From positions 16,487 through 80,486 of the forward strand of contig CAZRXF010000006.1 of assembly GCA_964604015.1 (NCBI GenBank): 64,000 nt of DNA, written 5' to 3'. The notes under the pieces are model-generated. The model worked only from the letters and a program-made list of their open reading frames with translations. It was not told the origin of the DNA and did no database searches. The translations under genes and the position numbers were made by a program. Position 1 is the first letter of the stretch. The number at the start of each line of letters is the position of its first letter. The stretch is from an uncultured Pseudomonadota bacterium. Lineage in GTDB: Bacteria; Babelota; Babeliae; Babelales; CAIQNR01. Positions 9,685-17,394 of the stretch are shown here, piece by piece.

Positions 9685-11832
9685 TTAATCAACTTCTTCC
9701 ATAGTGGCTGAAGCAACAGTACCTGAGCCTTGAGAAAGCTCACGCCCCCCCAAGATTGGTCTCATTTTTGCTCCGTAGTTGTTAGTGCGTCCATACGTTG
9801 ACAGAGGATTATCAGTGAAATACTTTTTAATGGCAGCTTCTTTTTTTGCAGCAGCAGCAACAGCTTCCTGATAGGCACCAAAATCATTTTCAGCATCCAT
9901 TGCCGTTTGTAAGAATTGTGCAGTAGCAAATTCTGCTAAAAGCGCTTGCTGCTCAGGCGTCATCCCACCTACAACTACTCCTGTAACAGCGTCTCTAACT
10001 GGAAATTTTCCTTCAACCATCTCGTTTTGAAGATCAACAAGATGCTGCGCAAGCAGGTTTACCGCTGTTTCAAACGTCTGTTCAGACAAAGCAAGTTTTT
10101 TCAAATCACTCAGCAGATGGCGCTTAAATTCAGCAGGGGTTAAATTCTTTTTGTGTCTACCGTACAATCCTTCAATTTTGCTTTGAAGGTTATCTCGATA
10201 CAATTCAAAAAAGGTCCTTAATGTTTCAGCATCTGAAAATGCTAGTCCGTTTAATTTCGTCAAAAATTCTCGATACTGCTGTGCGCGAGCCGCTTGTTTT
10301 GCTTCGTTTTGCTCAGCTTCTTGCAACGCTGCAACCAAACTATCAAGATCAAATTCAGAGGCACTAAGTGGTAAGGCTACATTTTCACGGATCTGAGCTC
10401 TTGATTGAGCGAGAGCTTCCTCAGCTCTTCTCAAAACTGTTGCTGCATCAAGCTCTTCTTCCATCTTCAGACGCTTTACTTTTCGCCCAGCTACCTTGTT
10501 GGTATGTTTTCGTTTACCTGAAGGCGACGGCTGTGCTTCATAGACTGGCGTAAGTTCATCCCACATAACATCCTGCAACGTAGCAAACGCATTTACAAAA
10601 GCATCAACTGCCAAGGCATATTCTGCTTCATTGAGTTGATGTTTCCCCAACTGCGCAAGCATCTCTTGTCGTATCTCATCGCGCGTTAAAATGCGGCCAA
10701 GGTCATCCCATCTAGACTCAATTCTTGCTCGAATGGCTTCCTGACGAGGAGCAAAAAACGCTTCCACAGCCGCAGCATCTGCAGCTATACGATTCAATGT
10801 TTTTAAATCTTCTACAACCACTGATCTTCGAGTTGGCATTCCTTGGTCAATCCATTGCAACAACTCTCCTGCTTGCGCTTCTGTAAGTCGTGCAAAAAGT
10901 TCTTCATCTTCAATATCTGACAATAGTCGTGCTGCTTGTGCCTCTGTAAGTTGGGCAAGAAGCGTATCCAGATCTTCTTCTTTAGCACGATGTACTTGTG
11001 CCAGCTTTCGTGCCTCTTCAAATAAAGCAACATCAGTTGCCATAAGGTGATTTATACGCTCTTCAAGAGCAGTATCTACGATTGAAATCTGTGGACCATT
11101 ATCTTCAAATTCAGGGAGCATCATCGGGTTATACCTCTTTTGCGGTAAAAGACTTGGATGCATTGGAAGGTCTAGATCAATGCTTTCTAAAATATTTCCC
11201 TTATCTTTGATCAATTCGGGGGATATTTCTTCACCAAATGATTCTTCAGATACCTTTCCGCGAGCTTCTTCAAGCTCTGTATCTCTTGAGGGTAAATACG
11301 CATACGGAAGCCCCTCCATATCTCCTCCATAAAGAGCTTGTAACTCCTCATCAGTCAATCCTTCGATTCCTAATGTATCTGCATCAGTTTGGCCAGAAAC
11401 TCCTTGCACATGTAAGACGGGCTGCCCCGATTTATTGGTTGTAACAACCGATGCTTGTGGCGCCTGCTTTGGACCAACGAGCATTTCTATTTGTGACTTT
11501 AAAGCACCAACAGAAGAATCAACAGCGGTAGCCGCTTGTGCTCTATTCAATCTTTTAAGAGCTTCACCAACCACATTTGCAAAGTCATCCAACTTAAAGA
11601 CAACCCCTTCTAATTGCTCTTTGGAAACGTCGCCAATATTCTTTTTAACCGTTTTACCAAGTGATGTTAAAAACATTTGTTGACCAGGCGTCAAAACACC
11701 CTGAACAGAGCTCTCTTTGGTCATTGCAACGAAACTTGCATACGTATCCCCCAGCTTATTTTCTACTGTTTCTGCAGAAAGCTTTGTGCTTACAATAAGC
11801 AGCGCAGCTACCATCCACCATTTCTTCATCAT
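9685..11832 (-). CDS. secreted helical E/A/L/Q-rich protein of unknown function ending in MEEVD
   Basis: 715-aa ORF with a signal peptide (MMKKWWMVAALLIVSTKLSA|ETV). Contains internal duplications (LTEAQAARLL / LTEAQAGELL, and two ~75-aa related modules), the basic cluster KRKHTNKVAGRKVKRLK and the C-terminal ...ATMEEVD*. Its stop lies 3 nt from the glyA stop (convergent). Confidence 0.8.
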   Translation of the reverse strand: MMKKWWMVAALLIVSTKLSAETVENKLGDTYASFVAMTKESSVQGVLTPGQQMFLTSLGKTVKKNIGDVSKEQLEGVVFKLDDFANVVGEALKRLNRAQAATAVDSSVGALKSQIEMLVGPKQAPQASVVTTNKSGQPVLHVQGVSGQTDADTLGIEGLTDEELQALYGGDMEGLPYAYLPSRDTELEEARGKVSEESFGEEISPELIKDKGNILESIDLDLPMHPSLLPQKRYNPMMLPEFEDNGPQISIVDTALEERINHLMATDVALFEEARKLAQVHRAKEEDLDTLLAQLTEAQAARLLSDIEDEELFARLTEAQAGELLQWIDQGMPTRRSVVVEDLKTLNRIAADAAAVEAFFAPRQEAIRARIESRWDDLGRILTRDEIRQEMLAQLGKHQLNEAEYALAVDAFVNAFATLQDVMWDELTPVYEAQPSPSGKRKHTNKVAGRKVKRLKMEEELDAATVLRRAEEALAQSRAQIRENVALPLSASEFDLDSLVAALQEAEQNEAKQAARAQQYREFLTKLNGLAFSDAETLRTFFELYRDNLQSKIEGLYGRHKKNLTPAEFKRHLLSDLKKLALSEQTFETAVNLLAQHLVDLQNEMVEGKFPVRDAVTGVVVGGMTPEQQALLAEFATAQFLQTAMDAENDFGAYQEAVAAAAKKEAAIKKYFTDNPLSTYGRTNNYGAKMRPILGGRELSQGSGTVASATMEEVD

Positions 11833-12040
11833 GATCCGTTCTCCATTTATGTTAGATCAATCATATAATATTTCTAATTGAATTATAAACGAGAGAAAAA
11901 CAGGAAAACAAGGGTCTTGTCTTTTTAAGCTCGGGGAATGCTTAAAGTACATGTTCAGACATTTTTACAATGACGTGTGATAGAATTCACCCGGTAGAGA
12001 CCCTAAAAAATTAAAAATAAGCTCAAAAAAGGAGAATCGT

Positions 12041-12727
12041 ATGAAAGCAGAATTTGATAAGTTCGCAAAAGAGTACCGCACCACCCATAGCACCCCCCTT
12101 GCACTGACCGGAGAAACGAGTGATTTTTTTGCCGAGTACAAGGCGCAAAAATTAGCCGAATGGCTTCCCGAGCTTCTTACCCACGCCCCACGCACCATCC
12201 TTGATTTTGGTTGCGGCGATGGGCTCATGACCAACTACATCCACCAACGATTTCCTGCCGCAAAATTGTACGGCTGCGATCCATCAGCAGAAAGCATTGA
12301 GGTGGCACAAAAAAATCACCCTTCAATCTCTTTTGCCGTTTCAGGCACAACACTCCCTTTCAAAACGGCACAGTTTGACGTGATAGTAGCAGCAGGAGTT
12401 TTCCATCACATTCCGTTTGAAGAACATACAGCGTATTTACAGGAACTGGACCGCGCACTTGCACCAGATGGAGTACTGGTCCTTTTTGAACTCAATCCAT
12501 TTAACCCTGGCACTCGATATATTTTTAAGCATGCCCCGATGGATGCGAACGCAACGATGCTCTATCCCCAGTATGCTCGTAGAATTTTGCAGCCCTATGG
12601 CACCATATCGACAAAATTTTATGGTTTCTTTCCCCACTTTTTACGAAAGTTACGTTGGACTGAGAAGTTTTTGACCAAGGTGCCGCTTGGTGGGTTGTAT
12701 GCTGTGTTTTTACAAAAGACGCCGTAG
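12041..12727 (+). CDS. class I SAM-dependent methyltransferase
   Basis: 228-aa ORF with SAM motif I ILDFGCGDG, post-I LYGCDPS and GVLVLFELN. AAGGAG lies 7 nt upstream of the ATG. Confidence 0.85.
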   Translation: MKAEFDKFAKEYRTTHSTPLALTGETSDFFAEYKAQKLAEWLPELLTHAPRTILDFGCGDGLMTNYIHQRFPAAKLYGCDPSAESIEVAQKNHPSISFAVSGTTLPFKTAQFDVIVAAGVFHHIPFEEHTAYLQELDRALAPDGVLVLFELNPFNPGTRYIFKHAPMDANATMLYPQYARRILQPYGTISTKFYGFFPHFLRKLRWTEKFLTKVPLGGLYAVFLQKTP

Positions 12728-12791
12728 GAGTGTATTACCACCCCTTTCTACAACCTTACTCTTTTAAGTACAAGACGCATGCATGCGCTCT

Positions 12792-13225
12792 GCGCGCAGC
12801 ACCAAAGGTATGCTTGTCCATACCTTTGGAATCAAGACACAAGCATGCTGCTTGACTGCCTCTACGGCTCCAATCCTCGTTGCCTCCTATCGGTGGACAA
12901 CTCAGTTCCGCCTGAGAGGGAATAAATTACTAGAGCATTTGTGAACGAGTGAGATGCTTTAAGTGCAATCACATGGCAAACATCCCCCCGGGATAGGAGG
13001 GGGAGAGGATCAGACCAAGAAGTCCATATAGGAGGTTTGGAGGAACAACCAAGTGAGACAAGGTAAAGAGGAACTGAAGGTTCCTGTGTCTTTATCAGGG
13101 CTTCTGTCTGAGGGTCATCGCCCAGAGGGCGTGACGCGAGTTGATGCCCGTCGTAGCGATCAATCCGCAGGATTGTGCCTTGCTTCCAAAGTAATGGGCA
13201 AGCATTACTTTGGCGCCTGCCCTGC
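12792..13225. other. unassigned structured non-coding element bounded by inverted ~50-bp hairpin-containing repeats
   Basis: The left arm 12792..12844 and right arm 13171..13225 are reverse complements of each other (about 43 of 50 positions by hand alignment). Each arm holds a perfect 11-bp hairpin (12802..12829 and 13186..13213). The interior looks GC-richer by eye and is full of short hairpins. It lies between two convergent gene ends. Confidence 0.4.
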
Positions 13226-13260
13226 GTAAGGGCACACATACTTCTTGTGTAAAAGAAAAA

Positions 13261-14388
13261 TTATCTAAAAAAGCACGTTTGTTGTAGCGCCCACAACAAA
13301 GAATGAATACCATAGAACGTTGCGATCGTACAAAAACCGATAAGATACGGAATAATAGGAATCGTTGCCAGACCAGGAAGTGCGCAAAATCCAAGTGCAA
13401 GGGCATAGGAAAGATCGAGGTACCACGGCTTGCGATAAAAAAACGCAGCAAGAAGACCGATGTTAGCAAACAACAGCAGGTAGTAAAAAAGAATGCCCGT
13501 TTTAGCAAACAGCTGCCGTAGCACATAGTTTTGATGGGTCATGCAGATGGCAAAAACTTCATTACGCAAAACGCGATCATACTCAGGAGAACAGTACTTG
13601 ATGTCAGGATCAATCTGACGCGCTCGAGCTAAAGCACAACTGTCGTTGTACGCAATGCCATAATCATTTGAAATAAATCCAAGGCCAACGTAGATGCTGT
13701 GCCAAAAGGCATGCTGCAATTCAAAGTGCCCATACGGAATATTCTGGGACTGCAAATATGCGTTGCGCGCTGTCATGACCGAATTAAACCAGGTATGATA
13801 CGTGCCCATACCACAGACAAGCAGCACACAGACCAACAAACTTTTTTTCATCTGACGTGTGTAAAAAAGCACGGTACACACGAGCATGATACCCAAACCC
13901 CACCCGCCAAAAAGACGGATCGAATTTACAAAGCTCACCACAAACCCAGACACAAAACTGAGACAAAAGAGCCCTGGATTGCTCTTTTTTTCGAGACAGA
14001 CAAAGATCCAGGGAATAAAAGCGCAGGCAAAAAATGGCGCGAGATAGGTATCACCGACCAACCATGCAACTGTCCCTACTCCGATAACTCCGACACTAGC
14101 TACTGCTCGTCCAGGCCAGGTCTTTGCAAGGAACCAAAATCCTGTACAGGCAATGAGTGCTCCTGTTGTAACAAACGCAAGATCCCACCACCACAATGCT
14201 TGTTCTATCGACAGCGCAAACATACGAGCGAGCCGAGGAACAAAGTAAAAAAGTTCCGCGTCGCTGCCAAAACTGTTTTCAAGCGGGGTCACAACTCCAT
14301 CTCGCAAACGAAGGAACGGAAATTCGGTAAGATTCCAGGCTTCAAGCGTCTCTTGCAATGCACGTAGTCGGCAGGAAGAAATCGGCAT
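13261..14388 (-). CDS. polytopic integral membrane protein, possible GT-C-type glycosyltransferase or polymerase partner of the upstream GT2
   Basis: 375-aa ORF with about 9-10 hydrophobic helices. It starts 3 nt after the GtrB/ArnC-like GT2 stop. No motif could be assigned. Confidence 0.6.
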   Translation of the reverse strand: MPISSCRLRALQETLEAWNLTEFPFLRLRDGVVTPLENSFGSDAELFYFVPRLARMFALSIEQALWWWDLAFVTTGALIACTGFWFLAKTWPGRAVASVGVIGVGTVAWLVGDTYLAPFFACAFIPWIFVCLEKKSNPGLFCLSFVSGFVVSFVNSIRLFGGWGLGIMLVCTVLFYTRQMKKSLLVCVLLVCGMGTYHTWFNSVMTARNAYLQSQNIPYGHFELQHAFWHSIYVGLGFISNDYGIAYNDSCALARARQIDPDIKYCSPEYDRVLRNEVFAICMTHQNYVLRQLFAKTGILFYYLLLFANIGLLAAFFYRKPWYLDLSYALALGFCALPGLATIPIIPYLIGFCTIATFYGIHSLLWALQQTCFFR

Positions 14389-14391
14389 TTC

Positions 14392-15345
14392 TTAGCCCTT
14401 CTTTTTTTCCGGGGTAAACCCAACTGTTTCATCAACCACGTAGAGCGGCCGCTCTTTTTGTTGGTCGTACATTCTGCCGATGTATTCCCCCAAGAACCAC
14501 ATCAAAATGCATTGCACTCCCATGAAGATGTAGATGATAGTTACCAGCCATTTAAAAAGTGGATATCGAACGCCGCGCAAAAATGCATCAAAAGCGATGT
14601 AAACAAACATCAGCGATCCAGTAAGGATGATGAATACACCAGCAAAGGCAGCTATCCGTAACGGGAAGAGCGAAAATCCGGTAAACCCATCAAATCCCAA
14701 TTTCAGGATTTTGAACCAACTATAGCCAGAACTTCCAGCTGCTCGTTCAGGTCTATTAAAGTCGACATAGGTATGTGTAAACCCGGTCCAGGCAACAATG
14801 CCACGCAGATAGCGAGCACGTTCTCGGCACAACCGAACTTGCTCAAGTACACGCTTATCGATAAGCCGAAAATCTCCCACGTTGCGCGGAATGGAAACAT
14901 CGGCAACAGAATGCAAAAGCTTGTAATACAATGTTGCAGTCATATCTTTTAAAAAACCGTCATTGCGTGAAATGCGACGTGCATACACAATGGCAAATCC
15001 TTCTTCCCATTTTTTGACCATTTCATAGATCAGCTCAGGTGGATCTTGAAGATCAGCATCGAGTCCTATGATCGCATCCCCATCAACCGCATCATATCCA
15101 GCGGTTAATGCCATTTGGTGACCAAAGTTACGGGTAAAACAGATACCCTTGATGCGAAAATCTTGACGCGCCAATTCCTGTATGATCTGCCATGATCGAT
15201 CTCGGCTCCCATCGTTCACCAACACCACTTGCGCATCATAGTTTTCGGTGCAAGAGTTCATCAACTCAGACAGTTTTTTATAAAGCAGCGGCAGATTTTG
15301 CTCTTCGTTATACACGGGAACAACAAAAGAAAGTTTCTTTTTCAT
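14392..15345 (-). CDS. GT2 polyprenyl-phosphate glycosyltransferase (GtrB/ArnC/DPM1-like)
   Basis: SFVVPVYNEEQNL, VLVNDGSRDRS, RNFGHQMALTAGY and GLDADLQDPPELI, plus two C-terminal TM helices. The ATG at 15345 makes an ATGA overlap with the upstream stop (the ORF track starts at 15360). Confidence 0.88.
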   Translation of the reverse strand: MKKKLSFVVPVYNEEQNLPLLYKKLSELMNSCTENYDAQVVLVNDGSRDRSWQIIQELARQDFRIKGICFTRNFGHQMALTAGYDAVDGDAIIGLDADLQDPPELIYEMVKKWEEGFAIVYARRISRNDGFLKDMTATLYYKLLHSVADVSIPRNVGDFRLIDKRVLEQVRLCRERARYLRGIVAWTGFTHTYVDFNRPERAAGSSGYSWFKILKLGFDGFTGFSLFPLRIAAFAGVFIILTGSLMFVYIAFDAFLRGVRYPLFKWLVTIIYIFMGVQCILMWFLGEYIGRMYDQQKERPLYVVDETVGFTPEKKKG

Positions 15346-16385
15346 ACAAGTGAGGGACATGACGTTGTACGGGCTGCAGGCAGTAGCGTTTGATACGGAT
15401 GCTCTTCAAAAAAATTACGATACCAAGTACACGTTTCTTGAAGGCCCTTTTCTGCACCAAAAACAGCTTTCCATCCAAGTAGTTCACGTGCTTTTTTACA
15501 GGAAAGATACTGTTCAGGAATTTCACCCGATGCATTATTTTGAATAATAGGTTCGTACTGCTCTTTACCCATTGCTTGCGCAATCAGTGCTACCATTTCA
15601 AGAACCGCCAACGGACGCTCTTCACTCAAGTTGAATATCTGCCCAACTACTGCTGGATTATCCATCTGCTGTGCAATCGTCAGATAGCCATCTACGACAT
15701 CTTTTACGTAGACATAGTCACGCACCAAAAGACCATTTGAACGAATAATGGGACGTTCATCATGAAGCAGTGAACGAATGGTGGCTGGTACGATACGGTT
15801 GAAATGCAAATCGCCACCACCAAAAATGTTACCACACCGCGTTACACAGACCGGTAACTGGTAGGTATGAAAATACGATTGTGCAAGAAGATCCGAACAA
15901 CTTTTTGAGACATCATACGGATGCTTAGCAAGCAGCGGCATATCTTCCGTGTAGGGAAGTATTTCAGCAGTTCCATATGCTTTATCGCTCGATGCAACCA
16001 CGATCTTTTTCACCCAAGGAGATAATCGGCACGCTTCAAGCAGGTTCCAGGTCCCTTCAATATTTGAATGAAAGGTCGAAAGGGGCGAACGATTGGCATA
16101 CCCAACAATTGCCTGAGCTCCAAGATGAAACACCGTTTCGATATCAAACTCATTAAGAATCCGGAGGAGTGACTGAAAATCACACAGATCACCAGTAACG
16201 TATGAAACTTTATCTTCAAGACTGTGCGTTGCTAACAATGAAAGCGGAACACGATCACGCACAAGCACCGTAACTGACGCACCCTGAGTAACAAGTTCTT
16301 CGACTAACCATCCACCCAGAAGCCCTGTTGCGCCTGTTACAAAAACCGACCGGTTTTTCCACAGAAACCTTTGCTCCTGCACCAT
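15342..16385 (-). CDS. SDR-family NDP-hexose 4,6-dehydratase (CDP-glucose 4,6-dehydratase-like)
   Basis: 347-aa ORF with the N-terminal FLWKNRSVFVTGATGLLGGWLVEEL Rossmann motif, SSDKAYG and the catalytic YDVSK (YxxxK). rfbF is present in the same cluster. Confidence 0.8.
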   Translation of the reverse strand: MVQEQRFLWKNRSVFVTGATGLLGGWLVEELVTQGASVTVLVRDRVPLSLLATHSLEDKVSYVTGDLCDFQSLLRILNEFDIETVFHLGAQAIVGYANRSPLSTFHSNIEGTWNLLEACRLSPWVKKIVVASSDKAYGTAEILPYTEDMPLLAKHPYDVSKSCSDLLAQSYFHTYQLPVCVTRCGNIFGGGDLHFNRIVPATIRSLLHDERPIIRSNGLLVRDYVYVKDVVDGYLTIAQQMDNPAVVGQIFNLSEERPLAVLEMVALIAQAMGKEQYEPIIQNNASGEIPEQYLSCKKARELLGWKAVFGAEKGLQETCTWYRNFFEEHPYQTLLPAARTTSCPSLV

Positions 16386-16485
16386 TTTTTTAGACCTTTT
16401 TAAAATCTACAATCCTTTTTTCCACCGCGTGTGGACCTTAGTTTTCTCTTTTTTAGGAAAAAAAGCAAAGCCTTTTTAGCTGCAA

Positions 16486-17097
16486 TTAGAGCTCACTATG
16501 ATCGACAATTTTCTGAACATGCGAGCGCCACGTATACTGATTCAATGCCTTCTTGCGCGCATTTTCTCCCATTTTTATTCGTTCATGTTCTGAAAGTGCT
16601 GCAACGTATAAACAGGCATCCACAAATCCTTGAATATCGTGATGGTTCACCAAAATTCCCACTTCATCAGTCACTGGTTTTTGCTCCTTACGAATATCGG
16701 ACACGTACAACGCAGGGCTTACAATTTCTGCAACTTGCTCAAGATCGGATGCAATGACGGGACGGGCCATACTTAAATATTCAAACAATTTGGTCGGAGA
16801 ACCAAAAAACCGAGAACCATCACTGTTTGGTTGTGTAGGACATAAAAAGGCATCACAGTGCACGAGATGCGAAGGTACTACACTCGGTACAATTTTTCCC
16901 GTAAACGTAACGTGTGGCAGTACTCCTTCACGGCGCAACTGTTCTTCAAGAGCCACCCGACCAGCGCCCTCCCCCACCAACAAAAAATGAGCTGCATGTT
17001 CCTGCTTTACCACCTGAGGAATAAGTTCCTGAAGCACGTCCACACCATGCCAGGGACCAAAAGTTCCTAAAAAACCGAACGTTATTTTTGTACGCAT
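16486..17097 (-). CDS. C-terminal (donor-binding) half only of a GT4/GT-B glycosyltransferase, either a split gene or a disrupted remnant
   Basis: 203-aa ORF starting at the post-linker motif TKITFGFLGTFGPWHGVDVL, followed by FLLVGEGAG, VTFTGKI and FLCPTQ...FGSPTKLFEYLSMARPVIASD. There is no N-terminal Rossmann domain and no obvious SD. The matching N-terminal half is at 27979..28608. Confidence 0.7.
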   Translation of the reverse strand: MRTKITFGFLGTFGPWHGVDVLQELIPQVVKQEHAAHFLLVGEGAGRVALEEQLRREGVLPHVTFTGKIVPSVVPSHLVHCDAFLCPTQPNSDGSRFFGSPTKLFEYLSMARPVIASDLEQVAEIVSPALYVSDIRKEQKPVTDEVGILVNHHDIQGFVDACLYVAALSEHERIKMGENARKKALNQYTWRSHVQKIVDHSEL

Positions 17098-17205
17098 AGC
17101 GCAGTCACTTTTAAGGCAAAAAGGTTTATAAACGAAATGGACTTTTTCCTGCTTTTGGAATAAGTACTGTAATCTCTTAAATTTTTTTTGAAAGAAAGGA
17201 GCCGT

Positions 17206-17394
17206 ATGAAAATCGTAACGCTCGCACTTCTTTTGCTCCCCTCACTTGCTCACGCCTATATTGATCCAGGTACTGGCAGCTATCTCCTTCAACTTCTGCT
17301 TGCAGGCGGATTGGGAGCACTGTACACCATCAAGACCTACTGGAGTTCGATCAAGGCATATTTTTCAAGCTTTGGTAGAAAAAAGGATAAGTAA
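17206..17394 (+). CDS. small membrane protein with a YIDPGTGS motif
   Basis: 62 aa from the ATG at 17206 (AAGGAG 4 nt upstream; the ORF track uses a TTG at 17188). It has a signal-like N-terminus, a second hydrophobic helix and a basic tail. Its stop TAA overlaps the next gene's ATG (TAATG). Confidence 0.6.
   Translation: MKIVTLALLLLPSLAHAYIDPGTGSYLLQLLLAGGLGALYTIKTYWSSIKAYFSSFGRKKDK

Noticed and set aside
12792-13225. Possible RNase P RNA. The plus strand has AAGAAGUCCAUAUAGG resembling the GGAAAGUCC P4 strand, and the minus strand has GACAGAAGCCCUGAUA resembling ACAGAACCCGGCUUA.
   Set aside because: The two look-alike motifs lie on opposite strands. On either strand their position relative to the ends, and to any partner strand, is incompatible with an RNase P fold: about 75 nt apart, with no S-domain. 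A CUGAGA box at ~12911 also lacks the rest of a TPP riboswitch.
12862-13526. ORFs 12862..13239(-) of 125 aa and 13095..13526(-) of 143 aa in or overlapping the intergenic element.
   Set aside because: No SD and an odd composition (W/R/C/P-rich). The second overlaps the well-supported membrane-protein gene in another frame. These are better explained as chance ORFs in GC-richer structured DNA.
17120-17160. The minus strand reads GCAGGAAAAAGUCCAUUUCG, another RNase P P4-like string.
   Set aside because: It sits in a 108-bp divergent spacer flanked by convincing CDSs. There is no room for a 300+ nt RNA.
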